From positions 32,001 through 96,000 of the IMG/VR virus record IMGVR_UViG_3300032275_000001: DNA of 64,000 nucleotides, one strand, 5' to 3'. How positions within the stretch are numbered: the first letter of the stretch is position 1; every line of letters starts with the position of its first letter. The DNA is from a virus (lineage: Duplodnaviria; Caudoviricetes). A model generated the notes under the pieces. That model saw nothing but the letters and a program-made list of their open reading frames with translations. It searched no databases and was not told where the DNA came from. The position numbers were made by a program, and so were the translations under genes. Positions 17,063 to 26,951 of this stretch are shown one piece after another.

Positions 17063-18625
17063 ATGGCAGTTCAAACAATCCCTGGGTTAACTGGTTTTAC
17101 TTATGCTCGTGTAGCGTCTATGGACAAGCGTGCAGTAGGTAAACTTACAGACTCGAATCACTTGGAAAGTTTTCACTCTACTGAGCCTGCGGACTATGAT
17201 AAAAAAATCATCAGTCTTTATACCCAGAGTTCATTGTACAGTAATGACTTTCTTGACATGATTAACAAAAGCACACCTTATTACATAGATAATAATAGTG
17301 ATGCCTGGAAATGGCAAGTATCAGTTCCTTACAAATTCCCAAAAATTATTGACATCCCTGCTTCTACGCAAGATTTAATTGCAACTGGAAAAACAGGTAT
17401 TGATGGTCAAGAATTCCAATTAGTATTAGATACTAATGAGTTCTCTAAAAACGCTATCATCTCTGTAGGTACACGTCAATATGGTCCACGTTTCTACGTG
17501 ATCAAAGATCCTATGCCTTGGAATGCAGGATATTTGTATTCATTCACTCTTGTGACTGACAATCCTACTATCGATTTCGTTAATCCTTTATTCTTACAAT
17601 ATGGTATCGAACTTGAATTAGTTGATGCAGCTATTGGAGAATTTGATCAAGACTTATTAGGTCTTCCAAGATTAGGTGAGCAAATCACAATGTTCGAATC
17701 TTTAGGTTCTGGATATGGATATGAGCACAAAATTACAGAATGGGCTGATGATAAAATGATGGTTGATGCTTCAGGTAAACCTCTTGACATTTTAGTATAT
17801 GCTCCCCAAAGACGTAACCAATTACCGCTTACACGTAATGATGTTAAATGGGAACCGTTCATTGAGTTCTGGATGCGTAAATCTATGTTGGAATTGAAAG
17901 TTAAACGTATGATCTGGGCTAAACCAGGTACAGTTAAAACTAACGGTTCTAAACAAGAAGTTAAACGTACATCTGCAGGTGTTTACCACAGAATGCGTAA
18001 CAATGGTAACTTAGTACAATATAACAGAGGTGAATTCTCTGCTAACTTGATTCGTTCAGTATTTGGTGATCTTTTCTACAGAAGAGTGGATGTTAAAGAC
18101 AGACGAGTTAAAATGTACACTAACGAAGCTGGATTCGATGTATTCCAACAAGCTTTGAAAACTGATGCATTAAATTCAGGTCTTACTTTTATGGCAGATT
18201 CTGGAAACAGATACATGCAAGGTGAAGGACAACATATCACTTACAACTTTGCATTTGATGCAATGGTTACACGTGAGACTGGTCGTGTTGAACTTATTCA
18301 CTTGAAAGAATTAGATTTACCACAAACTAACCTAGAGTTTGGACAAAACAAAAAATCTACTCCAGTATTTATGGTGTTTGATGTTTCTCCAATGGGTGAT
18401 GGTTCTATGGTAAATAACATTAGAGAAGTGAGAATGAAAGGTGCTCCTTCTATGACTTGGGGTTATATTGATGGTACTCGTCACCACTTAGGTTTTGCTA
18501 AGTCTCAAGGTATGAGTTCAGCTAACAAATTCCCAGGATACGAAATCTGGATGAAGGACAGATGTGATGTATTTATTGAAGATTTATCAAGAACTGTGTT
18601 GATTGAGGAAATCCCACAATTCTAA
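17063..18625 (+). CDS. major capsid protein
   Basis: 520 aa; strongly biased high-expression codons; position after portal and scaffold. Confidence 0.9.
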   Translation: MAVQTIPGLTGFTYARVASMDKRAVGKLTDSNHLESFHSTEPADYDKKIISLYTQSSLYSNDFLDMINKSTPYYIDNNSDAWKWQVSVPYKFPKIIDIPASTQDLIATGKTGIDGQEFQLVLDTNEFSKNAIISVGTRQYGPRFYVIKDPMPWNAGYLYSFTLVTDNPTIDFVNPLFLQYGIELELVDAAIGEFDQDLLGLPRLGEQITMFESLGSGYGYEHKITEWADDKMMVDASGKPLDILVYAPQRRNQLPLTRNDVKWEPFIEFWMRKSMLELKVKRMIWAKPGTVKTNGSKQEVKRTSAGVYHRMRNNGNLVQYNRGEFSANLIRSVFGDLFYRRVDVKDRRVKMYTNEAGFDVFQQALKTDALNSGLTFMADSGNRYMQGEGQHITYNFAFDAMVTRETGRVELIHLKELDLPQTNLEFGQNKKSTPVFMVFDVSPMGDGSMVNNIREVRMKGAPSMTWGYIDGTRHHLGFAKSQGMSSANKFPGYEIWMKDRCDVFIEDLSRTVLIEEIPQF

Positions 18626-18681
18626 TAATAATAGTAGTTGTATTGCTTCCCATTATAGAACAGCATACATCTCTTTTTTCC

Positions 18682-18728
18682 GAGAAGAATCCCCTCACCT
18701 CCTCTCCCTCCTAGAGGGGAAGCTTCTC
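18682..18728 (+). other. hairpin with pyrimidine loop containing ACCTCCT and CCTCCT
   Basis: GAGAAG-aa-TCCCCTC / GAGGGGA-ag-CTTCTC stem. Confidence 0.6.
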
Positions 18729-18733
18729 AAATT

Positions 18734-18786
18734 AGAGTGATGGATTGTGGTGTCCACAGTCGCATTCCATTCAATTGGAACACTCT
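18734..18786 (+). ncRNA. small three-way-junction RNA element
   Basis: AGAGTG/CACTCT closing stem, GATTGTGG/CCACAGTC arm, TTCCA/TGGAA arm. Confidence 0.5.
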
Positions 18787-18790
18787 GCAA

Positions 18791-18861
18791 GGCGGTTTAG
18801 TGTAATTGGTAGCATATCGGGCTCATAACCCAATGGCCAGGTTCGAGTCCTGAATCCGCAA
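18791..18861 (+). tRNA. tRNA-Met(CAT), initiator-like, possibly degenerate
   Basis: anticodon loop CTCATAA closed by GGG/CCC; T loop TTCGAGT; 1:72 mismatch; extra mismatches and a short variable loop; no encoded CCA. Confidence 0.8.
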
Positions 18862-18896
18862 CTAAAATAAACCAAATAAATTAAATTAACTACATT

Positions 18897-19865
18897 ATGG
18901 GTAAGACTGGAAAAATCTCTACGATCAAACGTGAGTATAATAGTTCGCAATTGCAAACAATGGACAGTGGGCTAGCACAAAAAGGAATGACAAGAATCCC
19001 TGGAACAGGAGTATTCAAATATCCTTACAAAGAATTAGATGGTAAGTACAGAACAGGATTAGATCCTACTGCTTCATATATCAGAAGAATTTCAGATCCT
19101 CTAGAAAAAGAGTTAGAAATTGAGAGAGTTACTAAACTTAAGGCTAAGCTTGAGTATGATTTAGGAGATATTGATTTAGGACCTCGTTCACAATTCTGGA
19201 ACTATGGGCTATCAACTTCTACAGATGACCAGACTCACGTACAATCTGTTAAATTAATGGATGGTGATAACTTCTTTGATCTATCAGTTCCTTTTCAAGA
19301 GATAGCCTTTTCATGGTTAAGAGTACATCCAACAATTGCATCAAGTCACCAAGCTTGGGAAAGAGGTGAGTATCCAGCAGAGACACAGTTCTATGTTGTA
19401 GATGATGAGATTGAGAATGCAGTTATATACAAGAAAAAACAATTGATTAACAAAGCAATTGTTATGTTTGATTCAATGACTCCTGAAAAGAAAAAGAAAG
19501 TTGCAAGACTTTTAGGACTTCCAGTAACAGAAGAAACCAAAGAAGAAGTTGTTTACAATCAAGTAGATAACGTATTGAAACAAACAGAATTTAAGAATGG
19601 AAAATATTTAGGATTAAATCCAGTTGAAGTGTTCAATAGATTTGCTAATATGAAAGATGACTTACTCCATATTAAAGATTTAGTTAAACAAGCAACAGCA
19701 CATTCAGTATATAGAATCAAACCTAATGGTAAGATATATGAAGGTGAATATGAAGTGGCAAAAGATGAAGATGACTTAGTTAGATTCTTAGCTGATGATG
19801 ATAACCAAGATGAGTTGTTGATATTAGAAGGTAAATTAAAAACTAAAAAACTAGCTTCTGTTTAA
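18897..19865 (+). CDS. conserved capsid-block protein of crAss-like phages
   Basis: 322 aa directly after MCP; positional. Confidence 0.65.
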   Translation: MGKTGKISTIKREYNSSQLQTMDSGLAQKGMTRIPGTGVFKYPYKELDGKYRTGLDPTASYIRRISDPLEKELEIERVTKLKAKLEYDLGDIDLGPRSQFWNYGLSTSTDDQTHVQSVKLMDGDNFFDLSVPFQEIAFSWLRVHPTIASSHQAWERGEYPAETQFYVVDDEIENAVIYKKKQLINKAIVMFDSMTPEKKKKVARLLGLPVTEETKEEVVYNQVDNVLKQTEFKNGKYLGLNPVEVFNRFANMKDDLLHIKDLVKQATAHSVYRIKPNGKIYEGEYEVAKDEDDLVRFLADDDNQDELLILEGKLKTKKLASV

Positions 19866-19893
19866 GGGGCTAGTTTTAAAAATATAAAAGCAT

Positions 19894-20625
19894 ATGATCC
19901 CAGTAGATAGTTTATTATATAAAGTAGATCAAAGACTAAATAAACTATCAACTAATGAGCACCAACAGATTCAATTAGAAGATAAGATTTTAGCTTTGAA
20001 CGAAGCTCAGATTAAGTTGATAAAACAAAAGATTGATGGTATAAGTGTTACTAGTGGATTAGGAATGGATTCTTTTAAAAAGCGTTACGAAGATTTACAA
20101 AGCTTAGTAATGAATTATAATCACCAACCTTTAACATTAACATTAAAAGATCGTGATTTGAATCAATGGGCTGCTAACATTCATTTACTTGAACCTAAGT
20201 ATATGTTTTATGTTGACAGTTATGCATTAGCTGATAAAGGTAGATGTAAAGATAGAAAGATATGGATTAACCGAGATCTTGCTAAACATGGTGATCTTCA
20301 ATTCATATTAAACAATGAGCATTACAAACCTTCATTTGAGTACCAAGAAACATTTAACTTCTTAGCATCGGATGAAATCTCAATTTTTACTGATGGTACC
20401 TTTACCCCTAAGAATCTACAAATAATGTATATGAGATATCCTCTTTATATTAATAAAACAGGATATATAATGTTAGATGGTAATCCATCATTTGATCAAG
20501 ACTGTGAGCTTGAAACATACTTAGAAGATGAACTTCTAGATCTTACAGTTCAGAATCTAGCAATGTATACTGAAAACTCTGCTGCAGTACAAAGTGCACA
20601 GTTCAGAATACAAACAAACGAATAA
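19894..20625 (+). CDS. putative tail ring / head-tail adaptor protein
   Basis: ILALNEAQ...YMRYP...DCEL...EDELLDLTV pattern typical of P22 gp4-like ring proteins; positional. Confidence 0.65.
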   Translation: MIPVDSLLYKVDQRLNKLSTNEHQQIQLEDKILALNEAQIKLIKQKIDGISVTSGLGMDSFKKRYEDLQSLVMNYNHQPLTLTLKDRDLNQWAANIHLLEPKYMFYVDSYALADKGRCKDRKIWINRDLAKHGDLQFILNNEHYKPSFEYQETFNFLASDEISIFTDGTFTPKNLQIMYMRYPLYINKTGYIMLDGNPSFDQDCELETYLEDELLDLTVQNLAMYTENSAAVQSAQFRIQTNE

Positions 20626-20649
20626 ACTATTAATTTAAATAAATAAACA

Positions 20650-21819
20650 ATGGCTGATTTTTCATTAACCACGTTATTCGTGGTTCCAGTAGGGCAAGCA
20701 ACGATCCCTAGCTCTGGTACGAGTTCAACACAAGACCTTACTGCAGGTATTGTGGGCATTTTTAGCAACAACTATGTTCCTGTTAATTCAGGTACAATTG
20801 CTGCTTCTCCTTATTTCTACATTGCACAAGGAAGAGAAAACACTTACCTTCAAGGTTCTAAAAGATCTGATAAGATATCAGGTAAAAACAATGCTGGTAC
20901 AGGAAGTAATGTAACTGAATGGTACAAAGTAACAGGATGCCCAACTGCGGCAAACCAAATTACTGATGTAACTAACTTCTCTGCACAATGTGGTGATACA
21001 ATCACACTTACACTTCGTGCTGACAGTTCTTACCTTAGAACTCTTTATTTCAACGGATTTACACGTTCAGTAACTATTCAAGCACCTTGTTGTGATTGTG
21101 GTGATGATCCATGTGTTGATGTTGATGTAAATGATTTGATTAATCAATTCATTGCAAAATTAACTGCACAAGCTCCTGGTATCAATCCTGACAACATTAG
21201 CTTGAACAACTTCTACACATTTGAAAATTTTGATGGAACTACTCTGCGTATTACAGGAAAACCTTTAACTCAATATGGACAACCATGTGATGTTGCTGCG
21301 TTCCCTTTTGAATATGACAGAATGACTTTTAGAACTTTTGTATATGCTGGCCCAGCTACTACTGCTGACTTCATTGTTGCAGATTCTTGTAACATTGTTG
21401 CTAATGCTGTCATCACTCAACGTTCTTCTTATGCTTCAGGACAAGCTGCAGAATTTATCCAATTGGAGAAAAACTTCTATAGCTACCAAGCTGGTTACTT
21501 GAAACACCTTTACAGAATGAATGGTTACAATGAGAACTTTGAGTCTTATGTTTCTGCTGGTAAAACTTATAATTCATTCTATATCAAATTTAATGAATAT
21601 GATAAGTCTGCTTACCAATGGGGTGATTATATCCAAGAAGATTCTACAGTGATTATTGCTATCCCTCAAGGTGGTTATGATCTTACTAGTGACTTCCAAG
21701 ATATTTTAGAAGCTGCTTTAGGAACTGTTACAGATGGTAATGATTGTGTAATCACAACCACTACTACATCAACTGCTGCTCCTAGTACAACAACAACATC
21801 TTCTACTAACATTCCTTAA
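20650..21819 (+). CDS. abundant structural protein, probable auxiliary capsid protein with Thr-rich tail
   Basis: high-expression codon bias; followed by a terminator. Confidence 0.65.
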   Translation: MADFSLTTLFVVPVGQATIPSSGTSSTQDLTAGIVGIFSNNYVPVNSGTIAASPYFYIAQGRENTYLQGSKRSDKISGKNNAGTGSNVTEWYKVTGCPTAANQITDVTNFSAQCGDTITLTLRADSSYLRTLYFNGFTRSVTIQAPCCDCGDDPCVDVDVNDLINQFIAKLTAQAPGINPDNISLNNFYTFENFDGTTLRITGKPLTQYGQPCDVAAFPFEYDRMTFRTFVYAGPATTADFIVADSCNIVANAVITQRSSYASGQAAEFIQLEKNFYSYQAGYLKHLYRMNGYNENFESYVSAGKTYNSFYIKFNEYDKSAYQWGDYIQEDSTVIIAIPQGGYDLTSDFQDILEAALGTVTDGNDCVITTTTTSTAAPSTTTTSSTNIP

Positions 21820-21851
21820 GGATAAGTAGAAAATAATAAATTCCTAGTATC

Positions 21852-21889
21852 AAGGGGAGATGAGTTAACAAACGCTCTCTCCCCTTTTT
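21852..21889 (+). terminator. intrinsic terminator
   Basis: AAGGGGAGA...TCTCCCCTT followed by a T-run. Confidence 0.75.
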
Positions 21890-21911
21890 ATTAACCTTCA
21901 AAAACAAAATC

Positions 21912-22475
21912 ATGGCAGATTTAAAATTAGATATAATTGTAGTACCTACATATAGTACATTGACACTTGGAGTGATGGACGCTTCAACCTATCCAACAGA
22001 TCCACCAGATGTTGAGAGCCCATCTATAAAGATAACTGTTCCTGGATTTGGTGATACAACATTACCATTTGATATAAATTCATTTAATTTATATACCACT
22101 GCAAATCTTGGGATTACTGAAGTGGGTAGCGAACAACCTCTACCTGATGGAATATATAGATTACGTTATTCTATTGCACCAGCATATTTAAACTTTGTAG
22201 AAAGAACAATAATGCGTACAGAAAGAATACAAGAGAAGTTTGATAGAGCTTTTCTTCAATTGGATTTAATGGAATGTGATAGAGCAATTAAAACACAATC
22301 TACCGTTACATTAAACACAATCAACTTTTTTATACAAGGATCAATTGCTGCAGGTAATAACTGTGCTGAATATGAGGCAACTAGATTATATAATCAAGCA
22401 GATAATATGTTAAATAGTTTTTTAAAATCTAACTGTGGTTGTTCAGGTAACAACTATCAAATTAATTTTAATTAA
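21912..22475 (+). CDS. structural protein (Ig-like N-terminus plus helical C-terminus)
   Basis: LPDGIYRLRYS motif; lies in the structural operon. Confidence 0.65.
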   Translation: MADLKLDIIVVPTYSTLTLGVMDASTYPTDPPDVESPSIKITVPGFGDTTLPFDINSFNLYTTANLGITEVGSEQPLPDGIYRLRYSIAPAYLNFVERTIMRTERIQEKFDRAFLQLDLMECDRAIKTQSTVTLNTINFFIQGSIAAGNNCAEYEATRLYNQADNMLNSFLKSNCGCSGNNYQINFN

Positions 22476-22477
22476 TC

Positions 22478-22567
22478 ATGGCACAATGTAATTCATGTGG
22501 AGCTAATGTAGGATGTGGATGTCAATTAAAAAATGGACTATGCGCTACATGCGCAGCTAAAAAATAA
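22478..22567 (+). CDS. 29-aa Cys-rich peptide (MAQCNSCGANVGCGCQLKNGLCATCAAKK)
   Basis: hand translation; fills the gap between two genes. Confidence 0.7.
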   Translation: MAQCNSCGANVGCGCQLKNGLCATCAAKK

Positions 22568-22572
22568 TAAAT

Positions 22573-24108
22573 ATGTTAACACCGAGACTAACTAATTGTC
22601 CTGAATGTGCAGACATTCCTAATTTATTAAAAAGAATAGATTGTAAGTTAGCAGAATATGCTAATGGTCTATACAACAATGTTGTATTTATGTTGAATCA
22701 AGTTGTTCCTGCAAGAGCAATGATTCAACTTTTGGCGTATAAAAGAATCCTTACATACAAACAATGTAATCCAGACTATTTAAGTGATTTCTGTATGGAT
22801 AAGATTGTAAGTAAAGTGATAAGATTAACATTAGGCTGTAATATCAGACCCATTTTTACTCCAACCCCTACAACATCTACAACATCAACATCTACTACTT
22901 GTCCTCCATATACCACTACCACTACCACTACAACAATATTATATAATTATATTGTACTTAAATGTAATACATCAGAATATTATATTCTTACATATGATGG
23001 ATCTGAATTATTACCACAAGGACTTATAGTAAGTAGTGAAAGTAATGAATGTTGGCAAATAATACAAAGAACTAATGATGTTGGAAGTATGGCAATAGTT
23101 ACACAATTTGGTATGGATGATTGTACAGTTTGTATAGATTCTTTTACTACTACAACTACTACCACCACTTTACCAAATATTCCATGTAATACAACTTATA
23201 GTTCAGGAGGAAGTGGTGTTACAGAATATAATATACCATTAGATCCTTTAGGAGGAGTAATATTATTTCAATTTAGTGCTAGAAATGTACCTGATAAAAT
23301 TGAAATAATACATGATAATATTAAAAAATCTACATCAGGAATGTTATCAGATGGTAATTCAGGCCCATTTGATGCTTATGGAGAGCCACCAACTAATTTA
23401 CCAACTGTTCTTCAAACATATGATATAAATCAATTTATAGGAAAAACTAATTATAATGTAGACCCTCCTATTTTTTATAAAAATATTCAACCTATACCAA
23501 CTAGACAATTAGAACTTTTAGCTGAAACAGGTATTGATTTAACATTAACAGGTAGTTATGAACAATTTGTATGGTGGGTATACACTCCATCAGATTATAC
23601 AATAAACAATAATGTTATTATTAGAATAACAGGTCCTGCAGGCGGTACAACAGGTTGGGATTTACAAAGATTATGTCCTTCACCTACCACTACTACAACT
23701 ACTACTATATGTCAAAGACCAGAAGGTTTAACTAATGGTAATTTAATTTCCTCTTGTCATAATTCAGGAGACCCTGAATGGATTTTCTATAATGTATCCG
23801 TAGAAGATGCTTGTAATGCTTTTAATTATTATAGAGATAATCCTGAAACTGCTGGAACAGGAGTTAATTATTGGGACATGCAATATGATACTTTAAATAT
23901 AGACACTTTAGTATATAGATACAATAATGGTACTGATTGTACTTTAATTAATAATGGATATTATTGGTTTCAACCAAACATTAGTGATATAACAACATAT
24001 TTCAAAACTATTAATCAAATAAGTATTGTCACAATAGTAGCTGGATATATTACAGCAATTGACATATGTAATTATATTCCAACAACAACCACAACAACAA
24101 CAATATAA
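22573..24108 (+). CDS. modular structural/fibre protein with poly-Thr linkers
   Basis: N-terminal anchor domain plus three modules separated by Thr runs. Confidence 0.75.
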   Translation: MLTPRLTNCPECADIPNLLKRIDCKLAEYANGLYNNVVFMLNQVVPARAMIQLLAYKRILTYKQCNPDYLSDFCMDKIVSKVIRLTLGCNIRPIFTPTPTTSTTSTSTTCPPYTTTTTTTTILYNYIVLKCNTSEYYILTYDGSELLPQGLIVSSESNECWQIIQRTNDVGSMAIVTQFGMDDCTVCIDSFTTTTTTTTLPNIPCNTTYSSGGSGVTEYNIPLDPLGGVILFQFSARNVPDKIEIIHDNIKKSTSGMLSDGNSGPFDAYGEPPTNLPTVLQTYDINQFIGKTNYNVDPPIFYKNIQPIPTRQLELLAETGIDLTLTGSYEQFVWWVYTPSDYTINNNVIIRITGPAGGTTGWDLQRLCPSPTTTTTTTICQRPEGLTNGNLISSCHNSGDPEWIFYNVSVEDACNAFNYYRDNPETAGTGVNYWDMQYDTLNIDTLVYRYNNGTDCTLINNGYYWFQPNISDITTYFKTINQISIVTIVAGYITAIDICNYIPTTTTTTTI

Positions 24109-24120
24109 AATAAATATAAT

Positions 24121-25287
24121 ATGTCCAATTGTCAAAATTGTTTTAATGGATGCACCGAAACTATTTCAGATCAGTGTGTCAAATATACAGGAATAAATGT
24201 TCCTGAATTAGGAATTAGCACTGGTGATCCTTTATCAGTAATTGAACAATCTCTAACAACATTCCTTGTTTCTGCATTAAATGGAACAGGAATAAAAATA
24301 GATCTAAGTGGTATAGATATATGTACATTAGTACAACAATATCTTCCTACATGTGGAGAAATGTCAATAGCAGATATATCAAAAGCTCTTGTGCAAGCTG
24401 TATGTAATATACAAGAACAAATAGATGCTATTGTAGCAGAACTTGCTATATTAAATGCTGATTATACAATTGACTGTTTGACAGAAGTTACAGCTTCTTC
24501 TGATACACATGCTATTGTACAAGCAGTTATAACAAAACTTTGTACTATTGATACTAACTTAACAGAATTAATTACAGAAGTAGATAATCAATATGTTAAA
24601 AAAACTGAACTTTGCAGTTTAGTTACAGAGTGCATGAGTGGAGAAAGTGGCACAGATTTAGCTAGTGCAAAAATGCTTCCTTATAGTATCATTCCTTATT
24701 ATGGACCAGCATCTGGATATCCAACAGTTAGTGATGGATTTAGTTCAACAGGTGCAGGATATGGATATTGGCTTAATGTATATTTATGTAATGGAGGAAA
24801 TCCAGGTGTTCCAGATTTGAGAGGAAGAGTAGCTGTAGGTGCTACAGATATGGCAACAGCAACATGGCCTATGAGTGGACAAACACAACCAGGTGTTAAT
24901 AATAATCCTACATATGAATACAAAGATCCAGCTACAGGAATACAAGGAAGTAATTTTACTACATTAACATTAGCACAGATACCAGCACATAATCATACTA
25001 CTTCTACAGCTAGTTCTACAGCTATTACCACTATTCCCCCACATACTCATTCTATATTAGGAATAACAGGTGGAGATAATAGTGATAATAATAATACTGT
25101 AAGATTTGCTGGTGGAGATAAAAATCAAACAGAACCAGGTTTCTTTTTTACAAATATACAAGCTTGTCAATCTGCAACTTTATCTGCTACAACAACATTA
25201 ACAATATTACCACAAGGACAAGGTGAGAAACATTCAAATGTTCAACCAGGACTTGCAGTTTATTATCTTATCTATATCCCAGCATAA
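24121..25287 (+). CDS. tail fibre protein with tail-collar domain
   Basis: YLCNG..GVPDLRGR, TLTLAQIPAHNH, HSNVQP..AVYYLI. Confidence 0.85.
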   Translation: MSNCQNCFNGCTETISDQCVKYTGINVPELGISTGDPLSVIEQSLTTFLVSALNGTGIKIDLSGIDICTLVQQYLPTCGEMSIADISKALVQAVCNIQEQIDAIVAELAILNADYTIDCLTEVTASSDTHAIVQAVITKLCTIDTNLTELITEVDNQYVKKTELCSLVTECMSGESGTDLASAKMLPYSIIPYYGPASGYPTVSDGFSSTGAGYGYWLNVYLCNGGNPGVPDLRGRVAVGATDMATATWPMSGQTQPGVNNNPTYEYKDPATGIQGSNFTTLTLAQIPAHNHTTSTASSTAITTIPPHTHSILGITGGDNSDNNNTVRFAGGDKNQTEPGFFFTNIQACQSATLSATTTLTILPQGQGEKHSNVQPGLAVYYLIYIPA

Positions 25288-25293
25288 TAATAT

Positions 25294-26298
25294 ATGTCTT
25301 ACCCACCTACTCCACAAAGAAAAGCTTGCAACTGTAGTGATCCTTGTATCTCTACAGATGATGTTTACTATGCTGGTCCCAATCTTCCAAACTTAGGAGT
25401 TAATACAAATGACTTACTTACAGAAGTTATAGAGAAGCTAGATGCTATATATGCTGTTCCTACATTACAGAGAGTTACAGAGATGGATAATCTTACCACT
25501 TTACCAATAATTGCAGATTCATTTGTAAAGATTGGCGGAGATGGAACTAATATTTTATTGGATGATGGTACAGTATTACCTATAGGTGATTTACCTTCAC
25601 CTACAACTCCTCTATCTTTACAACAAGTATTAGATGAAAATAATCAAGCCTTAAATCAAAATATATTATTAGAATATAATGATGGGGTTAATGTAGTTGC
25701 TAGTACTCAAGTATATCCTGGAAATATAAATATAATATCTAATGAATCAGGTTTATATTTAGGTACAGTAGGATACAGTAGTGGATTAAATAATTATGAG
25801 TTAGGGGCTATACATTTTAGTTCATCTATTAATAGTCAATCTTATTCAAAAACAGTATTATATGAGAATCCAGAATCTGTTGCTAGTAATCCAAGTGAAT
25901 CTTTATTATTAAGACTACCAAAACATATTGGTTCAGAAACAAAAACACTAGCTACACTAGATGATATACCTGCAAGATTATATAAAGTGTACACAGCTTT
26001 GTTATCACAAACTGGACAAGAAGTTCCTGAACCTACAGTATTAGAAAATACATTAGGAGGAATAGTTGTTTGGACTAGAGACAGTGCTGGTAATTATATA
26101 GGAACTTTAAATGGTGCGTTTCCTGCAGGTAAAACCGTATGCTTTTATACACATGATGGTTTAAATGGTTCTACAGGATATGGCGGTTTATTAAGAAAGG
26201 ATTCTAACAGTGTATGGATGACTTTTAATAATGGCACTGGTATCTATATAGATTCAGAAGGGCAATCAGATTCAATAGAAATAAGAGTATATAATTAA
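25294..26298 (+). CDS. tail fibre-like structural protein
   Basis: TLQRVT/SLQQVL repeats; C-terminal KVYTALLSQ..P.VLENTLG..IEIRVY domain. Confidence 0.65.
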   Translation: MSYPPTPQRKACNCSDPCISTDDVYYAGPNLPNLGVNTNDLLTEVIEKLDAIYAVPTLQRVTEMDNLTTLPIIADSFVKIGGDGTNILLDDGTVLPIGDLPSPTTPLSLQQVLDENNQALNQNILLEYNDGVNVVASTQVYPGNINIISNESGLYLGTVGYSSGLNNYELGAIHFSSSINSQSYSKTVLYENPESVASNPSESLLLRLPKHIGSETKTLATLDDIPARLYKVYTALLSQTGQEVPEPTVLENTLGGIVVWTRDSAGNYIGTLNGAFPAGKTVCFYTHDGLNGSTGYGGLLRKDSNSVWMTFNNGTGIYIDSEGQSDSIEIRVYN

Positions 26299-26319
26299 TA
26301 TAATAAAAACCAAATAATT

Positions 26320-26934
26320 ATGACAGTAATAATAACATTAACAACAGCAGGTGCAGATACAGGACCATTCAATCTATTTTCAGATGCAAATGAATATACA
26401 ATAGCATTTGCTATAGGAGTAACTAAAGCAGAATTAGAAGCAGGTTATCCATCTGATTTAGTTCCTGATGGTACAACAACAATTAAAGTACAATCTGTTA
26501 ATAGTTTATGTAATAATTTTGCAGATTTACCTACAGGTATAACTACAACAACCTCTACTACATTACCTCCAATTAACTCTGTAGAATAGCTTACTGGTGA
26601 TTATCCTCCTATTGCTTATGGTATTTCTCCTGGAGATATAATTAGCTTAAGTGGGACTGTTGAAATAATAGGGGACCCTGTTACTTTTAGAGCTTACGCA
26701 TTTTTACCTACAGGACCTGGTGATGGTGCTGTAGATACTAGCATAAGTATAGGTAATATTGATGTGGAAATAACAAGTAGATATGTAGATGCTGTAACAC
26801 CATATGATAATGGCATAAATCAATACTCTACTTCATTCACCCTTCCAGCAGGAATATATGATTGGAATGTACTTTGTACATTCTCTAATACAGCATCTAT
26901 AGGAGGAGAAGGTGGCATAGATTGGGTACAATAA
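26320..26934 (+). CDS. adaptor-domain fibre/decoration protein with in-frame TAG at 26587-26589 (89 aa, or 204 aa by readthrough)
   Basis: frame continues 114 sense codons past the TAG to TAA at 26932-26934 with no internal ATG. Confidence 0.65.
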
Positions 26935-26951
26935 TATAAAAATAAAACCAA

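Noticed and set aside
18734-18786. Hammerhead ribozyme
   Set aside because: Three-stem topology is similar, but the core reads GUGAUG/GCA rather than CUGANGA/GAAA
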